Below, piece by piece: positions 37,601 to 52,600 of a stretch of DNA of 64,000 nt (position 1 is its first letter; every line of letters starts with the position of its first letter). The stretch comes from Diplonema japonicum (Eukaryota > Protista > Euglenozoa: Diplonemea), in NCBI GenBank assembly GCA_964019335.1, contig OZ025708.1, forward strand, positions 434,001 through 498,000. The letters are read 5' to 3'. Under the pieces are notes generated by a model. That model had not been told where the DNA came from. It did no database searches and was given only the letters and a program-made list of their open reading frames with translations. The position numbers were made by a program, and so were the translations under genes.

Positions 37601-40600
37601 GACGTGGACTGGCACGAGAGCAACTACCTGGAGGCCGGGACTTACATTGCGAAGGGGTTGAAGAGGGCGTCAACCATCTTCACGAGTTCCTCGCCTGTGG
37701 ACGGGAGGCAGCGTGTGCTCATGATATTCACAGACGGGATGATCGAGGACGCGGGGACGGACAAGGACATCATGGTGCAGGCGAGGCAGGATCTTGACGG
37801 GCTGTCTGTTCAGACCTTCGGGATCGTGGTGAGGAGGTTCGCGCAGCACACGCAGACCGATGTTGACGCTGAGGCGACGCTGAAGCCGATCGTGTCTGCG
37901 CCTCAGGACGAGCACTTCATGAACCTGCAGATCGACGAGGTCCCAGACCAGGCGCTGAACGGGTTGTGCGACCCGAACGGGCCGTGGGGACACCTCATCG
38001 TCGCCCCGCAGACCACGCAGGCGGGGGTGCACCAACCCTGCCAGAACTACCTCGGGAAGACGACTTGCGTTGCGGACAAGGGGTGCACCTGGTCGGATGT
38101 CCTCACCTCGTGCCTGGACTCCGTGTGCGTGCCGCACTGCGACCAGCCGACCTGCGAGGGGGAGACCTCTACGAAGTGCGTGTGGGACGGGAGCCTCGAA
38201 GAGTGCTTCAAGAAGCCGGTCTGCCAGTATTCCGACAAAGTGAACTGTAACAACGACGAGGAGTGCAAGTGGGACTCGAACAAGTGTATTGAAAAGCCGT
38301 GCAACTACCCCGACGAGACGAGCTGCATCGCAGACACCGGCGCGGATTGCGTGTGGTCGACGGTGACGAAGAAGTGCAGCGAGAAGCCCTGCAACTACAA
38401 CAATACGGCGGACTGCGGAGCGGACGGCGGTTGCCAGTGGGAGGACACGTGCAAGGAGCCCGAGGACCAAATGTGTATCGTGAAGCCGTGCATGCACAGC
38501 AACGAGACCGCATGCAAGGAAGACGTGATGTGCGCGTGGAACGCCTCCGGCTGCGCCGTCGCGACCTGTGCGCACTACCCCGACGAAAAGTGCTGCAACC
38601 GCGACGACGGGTGTTACTGGAACGTGCAGCAGGCCCCTGCTGTGTGCTCGCAGCACCCTTGCCGCCTGCTTGGCTCGGAGGGGACCTGCAACGCCGACAG
38701 GAACTGCATGTGGGAGGGAGGGAGCAGCACCTGTTTGGAAAAGTCGTGCGGGAAGTACACGACAAGGTGCCCCTGCGAAGCGGACCCGGACTGCTTCTTT
38801 GTCGTCGGGTCGAACCACTGCACCTTCCAGCGCTACGGGACGTGCCCGACGCTTGACGTGGTGGTGCTCCTGGACGGAGGAGTATCGATGGAAAGGAAGT
38901 TCGGGCGCCACCCCCAGGGCTTCTACGCCCTCGTGGAGGTTGTGAGGGACTGGGCGAGGACTCTCCCGCTCTCTGGAAGTGCGGCGGGGGCCACCCCCGC
39001 CAACAACAACGCTGTCCGCCTCGCCTTCGTGCAGTTTGCGGGGAGCAGCCTGTGGCCGTCTGGCGATGCGAAGCAGGCCCTTTCCTCAACCGGTACGGGC
39101 ACCAGCGAGGGGCGCCTCACCGGGGTGCTCTCGGAGGTTGAGAAGGACCTCGAGTTCCAGGAGGACAACTTCATGGGGGGCAACGCTGCCCGTCAGCCCG
39201 CCCCTCAGACCACCTACCTCCTTGCAGGCCTGCAGAAGGCGTCGAGCTTGTTCAAGGCCGGTCCTGTGGACGGGAGGAGGCGCGTGCTGATCGTTGTGGC
39301 GGACAGCCCCCTGGATGACAAGGACAAGTACCAGACGGTGATGGCAGACCTTGCTGCCTCGCAGGTGGAAGTGTTCGCAGCCACGGTGCGTCCGTTCACG
39401 GCGCAGTCTGCGGGGGACCTGCAAGCAGATGCGGACCTGAAGGAAGTGGTGTCGGACCCCAAGGACGGGCACTTTGTGAGCGTCGAGATAGACCAGTTGG
39501 CGGCCTCGCTGAACGGTTTGTGTGACCCGAACAGCCAGTGGGGCGGGTTCATCGCGGCGACTGCCGTCGACCGCGAGCCGTGCAACCTCCGTGTCGGGAA
39601 GACGGCATGCAACAAGGACTCCGGCTGCGTGTGGTTCGACACGACCCTGTCGTGCGGGGACTCCCCGTGCCTGACCCACTGCGAGGCCCCCGTCTGCGTG
39701 GCGGACACGGCCAACAGATGCGTGTGGAACGGGGCCTCGTGCGAGAAGGAGGAGGTCTGCAAACACCCTGACCTCGTTGCGTGTGAGGCGGACCCTGAGT
39801 GCGAGGTGGACAAGGGGACCTGCATCGGGAAGAAGTGCAAGCACGACACGGAGCAGGGCTGCGTGGCGGACCCCGACTCGTGCGTGTGGAACAACCTGGA
39901 CCAGGCCTGTGGGGAGAAGCCGTGCAACTACGACAACCTGGACCAGTGCGTGCTGGACCTGAAGTGCGAATGGAAGTCGCTGGTGCCAGAGTGCTTGCCG
40001 AAGCTCTGCACATACGGGAACCAGACCGCGTGCGAGACGACAGAGCCAGGGATGTGCGTGTGGGAGAGCACCGACGACAAGTGTGTGCCAGCCCCGTGCA
40101 AGCAGTACCAGAGCGAGATCGAGTGCAAGCTGGACGAGGGGTGCGACTGGACCAGCGAGTGCGAGCCGAAATACTGCGAGAGGTACGCCGGGGATGCTGG
40201 GGCGTGCGACAGTGATGGGCTGTGCATGTGGGACGAAACGAAAAAGAAGTGCGTGGACAAGGAATGCGGGGCCTTCCAGAATGACACGTGCCGCTGCCAC
40301 AAAGACGCGGACTGCTTCTGGGACAAGGGGGTGTGCAAGACCGCGAAGTTCGGAGAGTGCCCGACCCTCGACATCGTGCTTGCGGTGGATGGGTCGGCGT
40401 CGATGACACAGACTTTCGGGCGCCACCCGCACGGCTTCTACGGGTTGATGGAGGTGCTGAAGACGTGGACCGGGAAGCTCACCCTGAGCGGGGAGAAGGC
40501 TGGGACTCCCACGACGGCCCTGACGGGGAAGACGAGGATCGGTGTCGTGCAGTTCAGCGGGAAGCCGGCCATCAAGATCCCCGGAAAGGACCTCGTGGAC

Positions 40601-43600
40601 GGGGCGCAGAAGACTCCCACCGGGACCGGGAGCGGGGGCAGGCTCTCCGGGGACAGGGCGGAGGTGGACGCAGACTTGGTTTGGCAGGAGACGAACTTCA
40701 TGGAGGGCGGGACCTACATCGCCGCAGCGCTCGACGTTTCGGCGGACATGTTCCAGGCCTCGCCGAGGGACGGGAGGAAGAGGGTGCTCCTGATTTTCAC
40801 AGACGGGCAAATTCAGGATGCGGACAAGCTGGTGGACGCGAGGAAGCGTTTGGAGCAGGAGGAGGTGATCACCTTCGGTATCGTGGTGAGGCGCTTCGAT
40901 GCACACACGCAAACGGACATCGATGCTGAGGCGACCCTGAAGCCGATCACCTCGGAGCCGCACGCGGAGCACTACTACAACCTCCTGCTGGACGAGATCT
41001 CTGACACCCTGGACGGGCTGTGCGACCCGAACAGCATGTGGGGGAAGTACGTTGTGGAGACGGCGCAAGCAGGGGTGCACAAGCCCTGTGGGAACTACAA
41101 TGAGAAGGAGGCCTGTAACGAAGACGTCGGATGCGCGTTCCGTGACGTCCTCGCGGCCTGTGTGGACACCCCGTGCATCAAGCACTGCTCGGAGGGCCTG
41201 TGTGCGAACGACACAGCGAACAAGTGTTTCTGGAAGGCCGACGAGAGCGTGTGCTACAAGGAAGAGGGGTGCTCCAAGTACAAGAACGATGGGGACTGCG
41301 GTGTGGACACGACCTGCGCCTGGAGGGAGGACAAGTGCGTGGACAAGCCGTGCGACTACCCTGACGAGAACAGCTGCACCGCCGACTCGACCTACGACTG
41401 CGAGTGGTCGTCGAAGGACGGCACCTGCACGGAGAAGCCGTGCCAGTACACGGAGGAGGCGGGCTGCAAGGGGGATGCGAAGTGCCTGTGGGACGTCGCG
41501 TGCATCGGGACGGGGATCCCCGCGATGTGCGTGCGCAAGCCTTGCGATCACCCGACGGCTGTGGAGTGCAGTTCCGACACCTCCCAGTGCGAGTGGAGTG
41601 GCACCGCCTGTGCGATGAAGACCTGCACGGCGTACGTGGATGAGAGGTGCTGCAATGCTAACGAGAAGGGGGAGGGCTGCCACTGGGACGTGAAGCAGTC
41701 TCCTGCAGTCTGCAGCGTCGACCCCTGCAGGGTGTACGGGAGCGAGAACGCGTGCAACAGCGAGAGGGCGTGCATGTGGGAGGGGACGAAGTGCGGGGAG
41801 AAGGACTGTAACAAGCTGACGGACAAGTGTGCTTGCGAGGCGGACCCGGACTGCTTCTACAGCACGGCTCCCGGTAAGCCGCACTGCACCTTCCAACGCT
41901 ACGGGACGTGCCCGACGCTTGACGTGGTGGTGCTTTTGGACGGAGGGGTATCGATGGAAAGGAAGTTTGGGCGCCACCCCCAGGGCTTCTACGCCCTCGT
42001 GGAGGTTGTGAGGGACTGGGCACAGACGCTCCCTTTGAGCGGAGAGGCGGCGGGAGCCGCGTCGGCGCAGAACTCGCAGGCTGTCCGCCTCGCCTTCGTG
42101 CAGTTTGCGGGGAGCGAGAGCTGGGCTCCGTCCGACAGCAGGCAGGCCCTCACAGCCACCGGGACCGGGACCAGCGAGGGGCGCCTCACCGGCTCCCTGT
42201 CGGAGGTAGAGGCGGACCTCACCTTCCAAGAGGCGAACTTCATGGGGGGCAGCCTCTTGACGCAACCCACCCCGCAGACCACCTACCTCCTCGCGGGCCT
42301 GCAGAAGGCCGTCAGCCTGTTCCGCACCTCGCCCGTAGATGGGAGGAAGCGGGTGCTGATCATCGTTACGGACGACGAGCTCGACGATGCAGACAAGCAC
42401 CAGACAGCGAGAGCGGAGCTGGACCAGGCGCAGGTGCAGGTCTTCGGAGTTGTGGTGCGCCCCTTCGACACGCACACCACCCTCGACGAGAAGGCGCAGC
42501 AGACCCTGCAACCCCTGGTGTCGGACCCCAAGACTGGCCACATAGTGAACGTGCAGGTGGACGAGATTGCGGCCTCGCTGAACGGACTGTGCGACCCGAA
42601 CGCGGCCTGGGGCAAGTATGTCGGGGTGGTTGCGGAGGGGAGGCAGCCCTGCCAGCTCCACTCACTGAAGGATCCTTGCAACAAGGATGCCGGCTGCGTG
42701 TGGTTCGATGCGACCCTGTCGTGCGCGGACTCCCCGTGCCTGGAGCACTGTGACGGCGCGGAGTGCGCAGCCGACACGGTGAACTTGTGCCAGTGGAACG
42801 GGACAGTAAACTCTTGCGGGAAGGAGGAGGTGTGCAGCTACCCAGAGCCCTCGGAGTGCGGTGTGAACACAGAGTGCGAGTGGAAGAACAACGTGTGCAT
42901 CGGGAAGGAGTGCAAGCACGACAACGAGCAGGGCTGCCTTGCGGACCCCGCTGTTTGTGTGTGGGACAACGTGAAACAGGACTGCAAGAAGAAGCCGTGC
43001 GTGTACGACAACATGGACAGCTGCAACCTGGATCTGGAGTGCTCGTGGAATGTGGATGCCGTGGAGTGTGAGGTTAAGAAATGCAACTACGGGAACCAGA
43101 CGGCGTGCGAGACGATGGAGCCCGGGATGTGCGTGTGGGAAACCAGCCCCGACAAGTGCGTGCCCGCCCCGTGCAAGCAGTACGGGAACGAGAAGCTCTG
43201 CATGGCGGACGACAGCTGCGAGTGGAGCACGGCGATCGCCCCGGGGACCTGCGAGGTGAAGTACTGCAGAAAATACTGCAACATGGAGACGAGCATCTGC
43301 AACGAGGACGAGTGCAACCAAGACCCCGCGTGTTTGACGGAACCCGCGACCAGCATCTGCAAGAAGAAGGAGTGCGGGATGCTGAGGGACCAGTGTGCGT
43401 GCCACAAGGAGCCCGACTGCTTCTGGCTCTCGGGGGAGAGGACCTGCGTGGACCAGAAGTACGGGACGTGCCCCACGTTGGACCTGGTGGTTGTGTTCGA
43501 CGGGTCGGCGTCGATGAGCCAGGTCTTCGGGCGCCACCCGCACGGCTTTTACGGGATGGTGGAGATGCTGAGGGCGTGGGTCGGGGGGCTACCCTTGAGC

Positions 43601-46600
43601 GGGGAAAAGGCGGGGGCCCCTGTGACCACGGGCCCCACCTCCAGGAAGATCCGTGTCGCCTTCGTGCAGTTCAGCGGCGTTGCCACAGCGCCCCTCACGA
43701 CGACCCCTATTGCCGGGTCAGCGATCAAGACCCCCGCCGGTGTAGGTGCAGCAGGGAGGCTGTCAGGCGACTTCGCGGAGCTCTCTGCGGACCTCGACTG
43801 GCACGAGGCCAACTACATGGAGAAGGGGACCTACGTGAACCTCGGTTTGCAGATGGCGGCCAGCATCCTGTCAAGCTCCCCAACCGACGGGAGGAGGAGG
43901 GCCGTCTACGTGATCACCGACGGGCAGCTCCAGGACCAGGCGTACTTGGAGGACGTGAAGGGAAAGCTCGACTCCGTCAGTGCCGAGGTGTTCGGGATCG
44001 TGGTGAGGAGGTTCGCGTCGCACACGAAGGTGGACACGGACGCGGAAGAGGCGCTGAAGCCGATTACCTCGTCCCCGCACGACAAGCACTTCGTGAACGT
44101 GGACATGGATGAACTCGCCTCGAGCAGCGGCCCGCTGACGCAGCTGTGCGACCCTGCGACGGATTTCGGTTCCTCGATCGCGATGGGGGTGGCCGGGGGG
44201 AAGCACCAGCCGTGCAACGCCTACGCCACGAAGAAGGACTGCATGAAGGACGTAGGGTGCGCGTGGAACCAGCTGTCGTGCGGGACATCGCCGTGCGTGA
44301 TGCACTGCAATGAGACGACCTGCAACCAGGACGTTGTTAACGAGTGCGTGAACGGGTGGGACTCCACAGACGAGACCTGCTACCGTGAAGCTGTCTGCGC
44401 GGGGTCTACCGTCACCACGTGCGTGGCGGAGACAGGCTGCCAGTGGAACGGGTCGACCTGCGAGGTGAAGCCCTGCTACCACACCTCAGAAGACGGGTGC
44501 ATTGCGGACACAGAGTATGTGTGTGAGTGGAAGCAATCGGAGTGCGGGGTGAAGCCGTGCGTGATGCACACGGATGCGTTAGCGTGCACAGGAGACACCA
44601 CTGGGTGCGTGTGGAACAGCAGCACCTCAAAGTGCACCCCTGTGAAGTGCACGCCGTACAACATTAAGGACGAGTGCAAGGCAGACGTGCTGTGCCAGTG
44701 GGAGGAGGTTGGCTCCAGGTGCGTGGTGAGGCCCTGCGTGGAGTACGCTGACGACCGCTCGTGCGACGCCGACAAGAAGTGTCACTGGGACACTACGGCG
44801 GCACCCGGGAGCTGCCAGCTGAAGCCGTGCGCGAGGTACGAGAACGAGACGACCTGCGGGCTCGACACGGGATGCAAGTGGGATGGAACGGAGCAGGTGT
44901 GCGTGAAGAAGACTTGCCACACAATCCCCGGGAAGTGCGAGTGCCAGCAAGATGCTGCCTGCTTCTGGTCGACCGCCGGGGGCCACGCGCGCTGCGAAGA
45001 ACAGGTGTTTGGGAAGTGCCCTACCCTTGACGCGGTTTTGGTGCTGGACGGGTCGGGATCGATGAGCCAGTCCTTTGGGCGCCACCCGCACGGCTTCTAC
45101 GCCATGATGGAGATGATCCGGGACTGGGTTAAGACCTTGCCCCTGAGCGGGGAGCTTTCTTCCGTGGGCCCGAGCTCCGCGGCGGCCACCGGCGGCGTAA
45201 GGCTCGGGCTGGTGCAGTTCAGCGGGGAGCCAAACTCCGTGAACCCTGCGACAGGCGGTGTCGTGAACTCGGCGCAGAGGACGCCGCCCGCTGTGGGCAG
45301 CGGCGGCCGCCTCAGCGGGGACCTCGCGCAACTCGAGTCAGACATCACGTGGCACGAGGACAACTACATGGCGCAGCTCACCTTCATCGAAGAGGGGCTG
45401 AACATGGCTGCCAACATGCTGACAAACGACTCTCCCCTCGACGGGCGTCGAAGGATAGTCATCATCATCACGGACGGGGTGCTGATGGACGGGGACCGCC
45501 TCACGACCGTGCGGGCGAAGCTGCAGCAGCTGCAGGTCATCACCTTCGGTATCGCTGTGAGGAGGTTCAACGCGCACAGCGCCGAGGACGATGCCGCCGA
45601 GGCTGCTTTGAAGCCGGTCGTTTCGGAGAAGGAGGACGACCACTTCATGAGCCTCACCATGGATGAGATTCCGGAGGAGGTGCTGAGTGGGTTGTGCGAC
45701 CCCAACAGCAAGTGGGGCAAGTTCGTGTCAGCTGCTGACGGTGGCTCTTCGGGGACCGGGAACGGCACCGTTCCCTGCGCGCAGCTGGATGGGAAGATCA
45801 CCTGCAACCGCAACACCGGTTGCGTGTGGTCGGACACAACCCTGAGCTGCGGTGCGACGCCCTGCTACGACCACTGCGACCAGGCGAGTTGTGATGGCGA
45901 CGTGGACAACCACTGCACGTTCGAGACGGCGACCCAGGGCTGCACGAAGAAGCCGCCTTGCAGCTACACCGCTGCACCCGAGTGCTCGAAGGACGCCGAG
46001 TGCATGTGGGAGAACGGCAACAACAAGTGCGTGGAGAAGCCGTGCCAGCATGAAGACGAGGAGCCGTGTCTCCTGGACACGGAGGGTTGCGTGTGGGACT
46101 CTGTTGAGAAGAAGTGTACACCCGAGCCGTGCCAGAGGCAGACCACGAAGGTGGGCTGCGACGACCTTGCTGACATCTGCGTCTGGGACACTGCTGGGCA
46201 GAACGGCGACGTTTGCAAGCCGAAGAGGTGCGTGTCTTGCCCTGCTGGGAACCAGACATGCTGCGAGTCCGCCGAGAACAAGATTTGGTGCGACTACACC
46301 GCCGGCAACACCTGCGTGGAGAAGCCGTGCGTGGGCTACGTGGATGAGCTCTCGTGTTCGTCGGCGACGGAGAGTCAGTGCGAGTGGGACCCGACCACCT
46401 CGCCTGGGATGTGCAAGGAGAAGTACTGCGCGAAATTCAACGAGACCACATGTGATTTAGAGCCTGCTTGCGCTTGGGACTTCGGGACGTGCGACACGAA
46501 GAGGTGTGAAGACGTTCACGAGCACTGCTCGTGCACAACGGACCCGAGCTGCTTCTGGCACGACGGGACATGCGTGGACGTGCACTACGGTGCGTGCCCC

Positions 46601-49600
46601 ACGATGGACATCGTGGTGCTTCTGGACGGATCGGGCTCGATGACGCAGTCCTTCGGGCGCCACCCGAATGGCTACTTCGCCCTCATCGAGATGCTGAAGG
46701 ACTGGGTGTACCTGCTGCCCCTCCCCGGTGACATTGGGGCTGCAGGTAAGGACCCTACGAAGTACGCCCCAGGGTCTGCGAGGGTTGCCATCGTGCAGTT
46801 CAGCGGTGACAAGAACCTGGCGGGCGCCAGCTCCGCGCTCGTGTCGACTGACGGAGCGAAGGGGAGGCTCTCTGGCTATGTTCCAGAATTGAGGCAAGAC
46901 CTGTCCTTCCAAGAGCACAACCACATGGCAAAGGACACCTTCTTAAACGAGGCCCTCGACATGGCTGCTGGTCTGTTCTCCGGCCCCCTCTACCCTGTAG
47001 ATGGGAGGAGAAGGATCGTGTTGGTGCTCTTGGGCAGCCCTGTGTTGGACGAAAGCATGCTCTCCGGTCCTCTGGGGAAGATTCAGGCGATCGGGGCGCA
47101 CCTGGTCGGGATTGTGGTGAGGAGGAGTGACTCGCACGCAACTCTAGACAACGACGCAGCGGCCTCGCTGGAGCCCATCGTGACGGAGCCGACGGAAGCC
47201 CACTTCAAGAACGTTGCCATTGACAACCTAAAGGAAGAAGTATTCGACAAGTGGTGCAACCCAAACACACCGTGGGGAAGCTGGCTGGTAGACCTCAAGG
47301 CCACTGACTCCCACCTTCCCTGTTCATTCCACAGTGGCTCTCCTGAGTGCAACCGCGATTCTGGGTGCGCCTGGGACGACGGGTTGGTGGCGTGCACGGT
47401 GACACCATGCCTGCAGTACTGCTCGAAGGCTCTGTGCGAGGACCTCTCGGACCCCGCATACCGTTGCCAGTTCAATGTGACCGGCGACTCGACTTGCACG
47501 AAGGAAAAGATCTGTGCCTACGCGGACGAGCAGGGGTGCATGGCAGACTACGAGTGCACGTGGACGATGAACAGGTGCGAGCCTACGCCCTGCCAGCACC
47601 ACACAGAGCCCGCATGCGTGTCGGACCTTGTTGGCTGTGAGTGGGCTGACGACAAGTGCACCGTGAAGAAGTGTTTGTACACCACGCCAGAGAACTGCAC
47701 CAACAGCGACGGAGAATGCGAGTGGGACCCCACAGCGTCGGTGTGCGGCCCCAAGACGTGCACGCACACAACGGAGAAGGAGTGCACGGATGACGTGAAG
47801 TGCGATTGGGAGAACCCAACGTGCAAAAAGAAGAAGTGTGTGGAGCACCTGGAAGAAGGGTCATGCATCTCAGAGGCCGGGTGCGAGTGGGAAGTAGACA
47901 CCTCGCCCGCCTACTGCAAGGAGACCTACTGCCACAGGTGGACCGCTGAGGCGAACTGCAACCTCGACGCTGCATGTGCCTGGGACGGCAGCATCTGTGT
48001 GCCTTCAACTTGCATGAGGAATAACGGGAAACCCTGCGATTGCGCGGCGGACCCCAGCTGCTTCTGGGTGGAGTCGAGGAAGTCGTGCGTGGAGGCGGCC
48101 TTCGGTGCTTGCCCACCACTCGACATTGTGGTCCTGTTCGATGGCACGGAGTCCATGGAAGGGGCCTTCGGGCGCCATCCCAACGGGTTTGACGCAGTGA
48201 TGGAGATGTTGAAGGACTGGGTGAAGAGCCTTCCCTTGAACGGGGATTCGTACATCGTGCCAAAGACCTCCGCAAGTACTGCGGGGATCAGGGTTGCTTT
48301 CGTACAGGTCGGCTCTAACGTGCAGCCGATGCTGGTGACAAGCCCGACGAACCCCGCGACACCCTCCGCAGCTGGTTTGTTGTCTGGAGACATGAACCAG
48401 CTCCTCGGCGACCTGGCCTTCCACTCGGCCAACATGCTTGGAGGGAACGGTCGCTACATGGAGAACGCGGTGAAACATGCGGAGACGGCACTCTCGAGCC
48501 AGAGCCCCACGACGAGGAAGCAAGTGGTGCTGATGCTTACCAGCGGGAAGGTGTCCGACGAGGACAAGCTGAAACTTGCGATGGCTACGCTTGACCCAAC
48601 CGTGCAGGTGTTTGGTGCGACTGTGCGCCGCCTCAGCACGAGGACCTCCGAGGACAACGCAGCTGCGGACCAGATGAAGACCCTGGTCTCTGTCACCCAC
48701 GCCGAGCACTTCTTAGACCTCGAGATCGACGAGCTCAACGAGAAGGTCTTCTCTGCTTTGTGTGACAGGACGAAGACCTTCGGGGCAGCCATGCTCAAGG
48801 ACTCGGTCCTTGTCTCGTCTGGCACCAACAACCAGCCGTGTTCCACATACTCGGTCGCAGGAAACTGCAGGGCCGACACCGGTTGTGTGTGGTCCGAGTC
48901 TTTGCTGCAGTGCACCGCGCATCCATGCAGATCGCACGGTTGCGACCAGACCGCCTGCACCACGGACACAGCGTGTGACTGGACCCAAGAGGGCTCGTGC
49001 TACAAGAAGCCCCCGACTTGCCCCAGCCAACAGACACAGCCTACTTGTGAGGCTGTGACGGAGAACGGCGGCTGCGCGTGGGTGATGGTGGATGTGAACG
49101 TCTACCGCTGCGTAGAGAAGCCTTGCGTGGGCCACCAAGCAGAGGACAGTTGCATCACCGACCCGAACGTGTGTGAGTGGAACTCGAAGACCTCTGAGTG
49201 CACGAAGAAGGAATGCACGTACCCCACGGAGCAAGAATGCACGAGTGCTCCAGAGGTCTGCGAGTGGTCCGTTGATCATTGCAAGAAGCAGAGGTGCACT
49301 GCTGTGGATGAAGCAGTATGCGTGACCGACGACGCGTGTGAATGGGACACCGTCTGCAAGTTTAAGAAGTGCAGGCAGTACGACGATGAACAGACGTGCG
49401 ACCACGATGACCAATGCCACTGGGACGTGAGTGAGTCACCTTCGAAGTGCGACGTGAAGGTGTGCTTGAGGTACACCTCTGAGGGGGCGTGCGAGACTGA
49501 CCCGGAGCTCCGCTGCAGCTGGGACGCGACGAACAACAAGTGTGCGAACAAGGACTGCTCTGAAATCACGACACCGTGTCCCTGCAACAAGGACCTGGGC

Positions 49601-52600
49601 TGTTACTGGGACACATCCTTCGATGTGAATGGTGGAGCTTGTGTGTCGGGTTCCTTTGGTGGCTGCCCCCTGATGGACGTGGTGGTGCTGGTGGACGGGA
49701 CGACCTCCATGAAGAGTGCCTTCGGGCGCCACGCCAGCGGCTATCAGGCGGTGATGGAGTTCCTCCGAGACTGGGCCAGAACGCTCCCCCTGTCTGGGGA
49801 CTCTGGGAAGGTCGCAGCGTCTGTGAAGGTGGACGGCGGTGTGCGCTTGGGGGTTGTGCAGTTTGCTGCCCAAGGTCGTGCGACGAAGACCGGCCCCACG
49901 GTGGGGAGCGGCGGTCACGTCACCGGCATGCTGTCCGAGCTTGAAGCGGATTTGGATTATCAAGAGGCAAAGATGATTGACACCAGCGACGCATACATTG
50001 CGGGGGCTCTGCAGTTGGCGCAGGCGATGTTCACAAGGCCTGAGAGGAAGAAGGTGCTCATTGTGATTTCTGACAGCATCGTCATGGATGCTGGGAGGGC
50101 TGAGGTGAACGCTGCTGTGAGCTCCCTGTTTGGCGCTGGTGTGAAGGTATTCGGTGTGCTGCTGCGCCCTGCTGCTGCCTTCCCCTCGACGGCAGGGGAC
50201 GCGAGGGACGCGATGCTCAACGTGCTGAGCGACGTGCGGGACGAGCACTTCTTGGACGCCCAGATCGAGGATTTGAAGACGATTCTGGACACCCTGTGTG
50301 ACCCCTCGAAGCAGTTCGGGCACCTGATTGCGTCGGCCGAGGGTGGTGCCGGTGCCCTGAAGCCGAAGCAGCCTTGCCCCATGTACTTCGAGAAGAACGT
50401 CTGCAACAAGGACGCGGCTTGCAGGTGGAGTGCTTCCCTCCTGGTGTGCTCCGACTCGGCGTGCGTCCGCCACTGCGATGAAGATGTCTGCAAGGCGGAC
50501 ACTTCGAACCTTTGCAAGTGGGATGCCACCGAGCAGATCTGCTTCAAGAAGCCCATCTGCGACCACCCGATCTCGGAGTGCGCGGCAGACCCCGGCTGCG
50601 AATGGAAGGCCGCGGACTCTGTGTGTGTGGAGAAGGAGTGCCAGCACCAAGCGGAATCCGGCTGTTTGAGCGACCCTGTGGGCTGCATCTGGGACAGCCA
50701 GACGGACCACTGTCTGCCGCGCCCGTGCATTTACACCGCTGAACAGGCTTGCAACCTGGACCCCACTTGTACGTGGGATGCGGCGATTGTTGGAACGCAG
50801 GCGTGGGCTCCGTGTGTGGAACAGCCTTGTACCACCACTAACCCCACAGAGTGTTTGAAGGACAGCAGGAGGTGCCAGTGGGAGGCGAACAAGTGCACGG
50901 TGAAGCCGTGCGTGCAGTACCTGGACGAGAAGACCTGCGACCACGACGAGGCCTGCCACTGGGATGTCAGCGAATCCCCGACGATCTGCAGCGAGAAGTA
51001 CTGCAGGAAGATGAAGTCGGAGGGGTTGTGCAACGACAACGCGAAGTGTGCTTGGAACAGCGGCGACAGCCTCTGCAAGGAGGTGGTGTGCTCAGACCTC
51101 GCAGACCAGTGCGCGTGCAACGAGAGAGAACTCTGCACGTGGGACAAGCAGAGCACCGTCTGCAAGAACGTGGACTTCGGTGGTTGCCCCTCGATGGACG
51201 TCGCCGTTGTGTTCGACGGGTCTGGTTCGATGAGCCAGTCCTTCGGGCGCCACCCGCACGGCTTCTACGCTATGATCGAGTCTCTGAGGGACTGGTTCAA
51301 AACCCTGCCCCTGACGAAGGAACCCGCCGGGACTTCGGCGCCGGCCCCGGGTGTGAGGGTCGGCCTCATCCAGTTCTCCGCCCCCAACGGCGCTCTGAAG
51401 ACGCCGCCTGGAACAGGCACGGGCGGCCGCTTCTCTGGGAACCTGGCAGAGCTGCAAGTGGACCTTGACTGGCACGAGGCCAACTACGCCATGCAGCAGA
51501 CCTACATCTCAGAAGCCTTGAGCTTTGCGGGGTTGATGTTCCAGTCGGCAGCTGCCAGCGGCAGGGCAAAGATCCTGCTCATCCTGACGGACGGAAAGAT
51601 CCACGACGCCTCGCAACTGAGCACGGCAAGGGCGGTGTTAGACGGGCAGGGCGTGCAGACCTTCGGTGTGGTGCTGAGGAGGTTCGACCAGCACACGCAG
51701 ACAGACATCGATGCGGAGGAGGTGCTCTCGACCATCGTGTCGGAGCCGAGGGAGGACCACTACATGAACATCCCGCTGGACGACTTCTCGGAAACGGTGC
51801 TGAAGGATTTCTGCGACCCGAACAGCAAGTTCGGGGAGATCATACTGGCCTACCAGGGGGCGACGGGGGCTGGACACGTGCCATGCGGTTCGCACAACGA
51901 GGCGGCGACCTGTTGGAAGGACGGGCAGTGCTTCTGGAGCGATGTTGAAGTGGCGTGCCAGTGGAGCTCGTGCCACAAGCACTGCTCGCAGGAGGTCTGC
52001 GAAGCGAGTAAGGACGAACAGGACAAGGCATGCGCGTGGACCGACGGCTGCGGGAGGACCGTTGAGTGCACGCAGACGACGGAGAATGCGTGCAAAACAG
52101 CAGAGTGCTTCTGGGACACAACGACGGACCCGACCTGTGTGGTGATGCCGTGCACGGCGACCTCGGAGGACGGCTGCGTGGCAGACCCCCACGGGTGCGA
52201 GTGGGACGACGTGACCCACGTCTGCAAGGTGAAGGAGTGCAACGACAAGACGCAAATGCCGTGCGACGCAAAGGCGATCTGTGAGTGGGACGGCGCGATC
52301 GACCAGTGCGTGGAGAAGCCGTGCGTGCCGTACACAACGCAGGCAGAGTGCGAGAAGCACTCGTTCGACTGCAAATGGGAAGGCGATGCCTGCAAGGTAG
52401 TAAACGGGTGTGTTGTCTACACGAACGAGAAAGAGTGCAACACGGACGCCAGCGGTGACTGTGAATGGAAGACTGCACACTCGCCTGCCCACTGTGGTGT
52501 GAAGGTGTGCAGGACATACGGAACGGAGGCAGACTGTGAAGCGGCGGACAAAGGAGCCGCGGATGGCTGTGCCTGGGACAAGACCAAGATGAAGTGCGAC

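Noticed and set aside
28958-42661. Long minus-strand ORFs (1148 aa at 28958-32404, 1191 aa at 39086-42661) and many other overlapping ORFs
   Set aside because: Antisense shadows of a GC3-biased, Cys/Asp-rich repetitive CDS. The translations are low-complexity (V/A/L/R/G) with no motifs.
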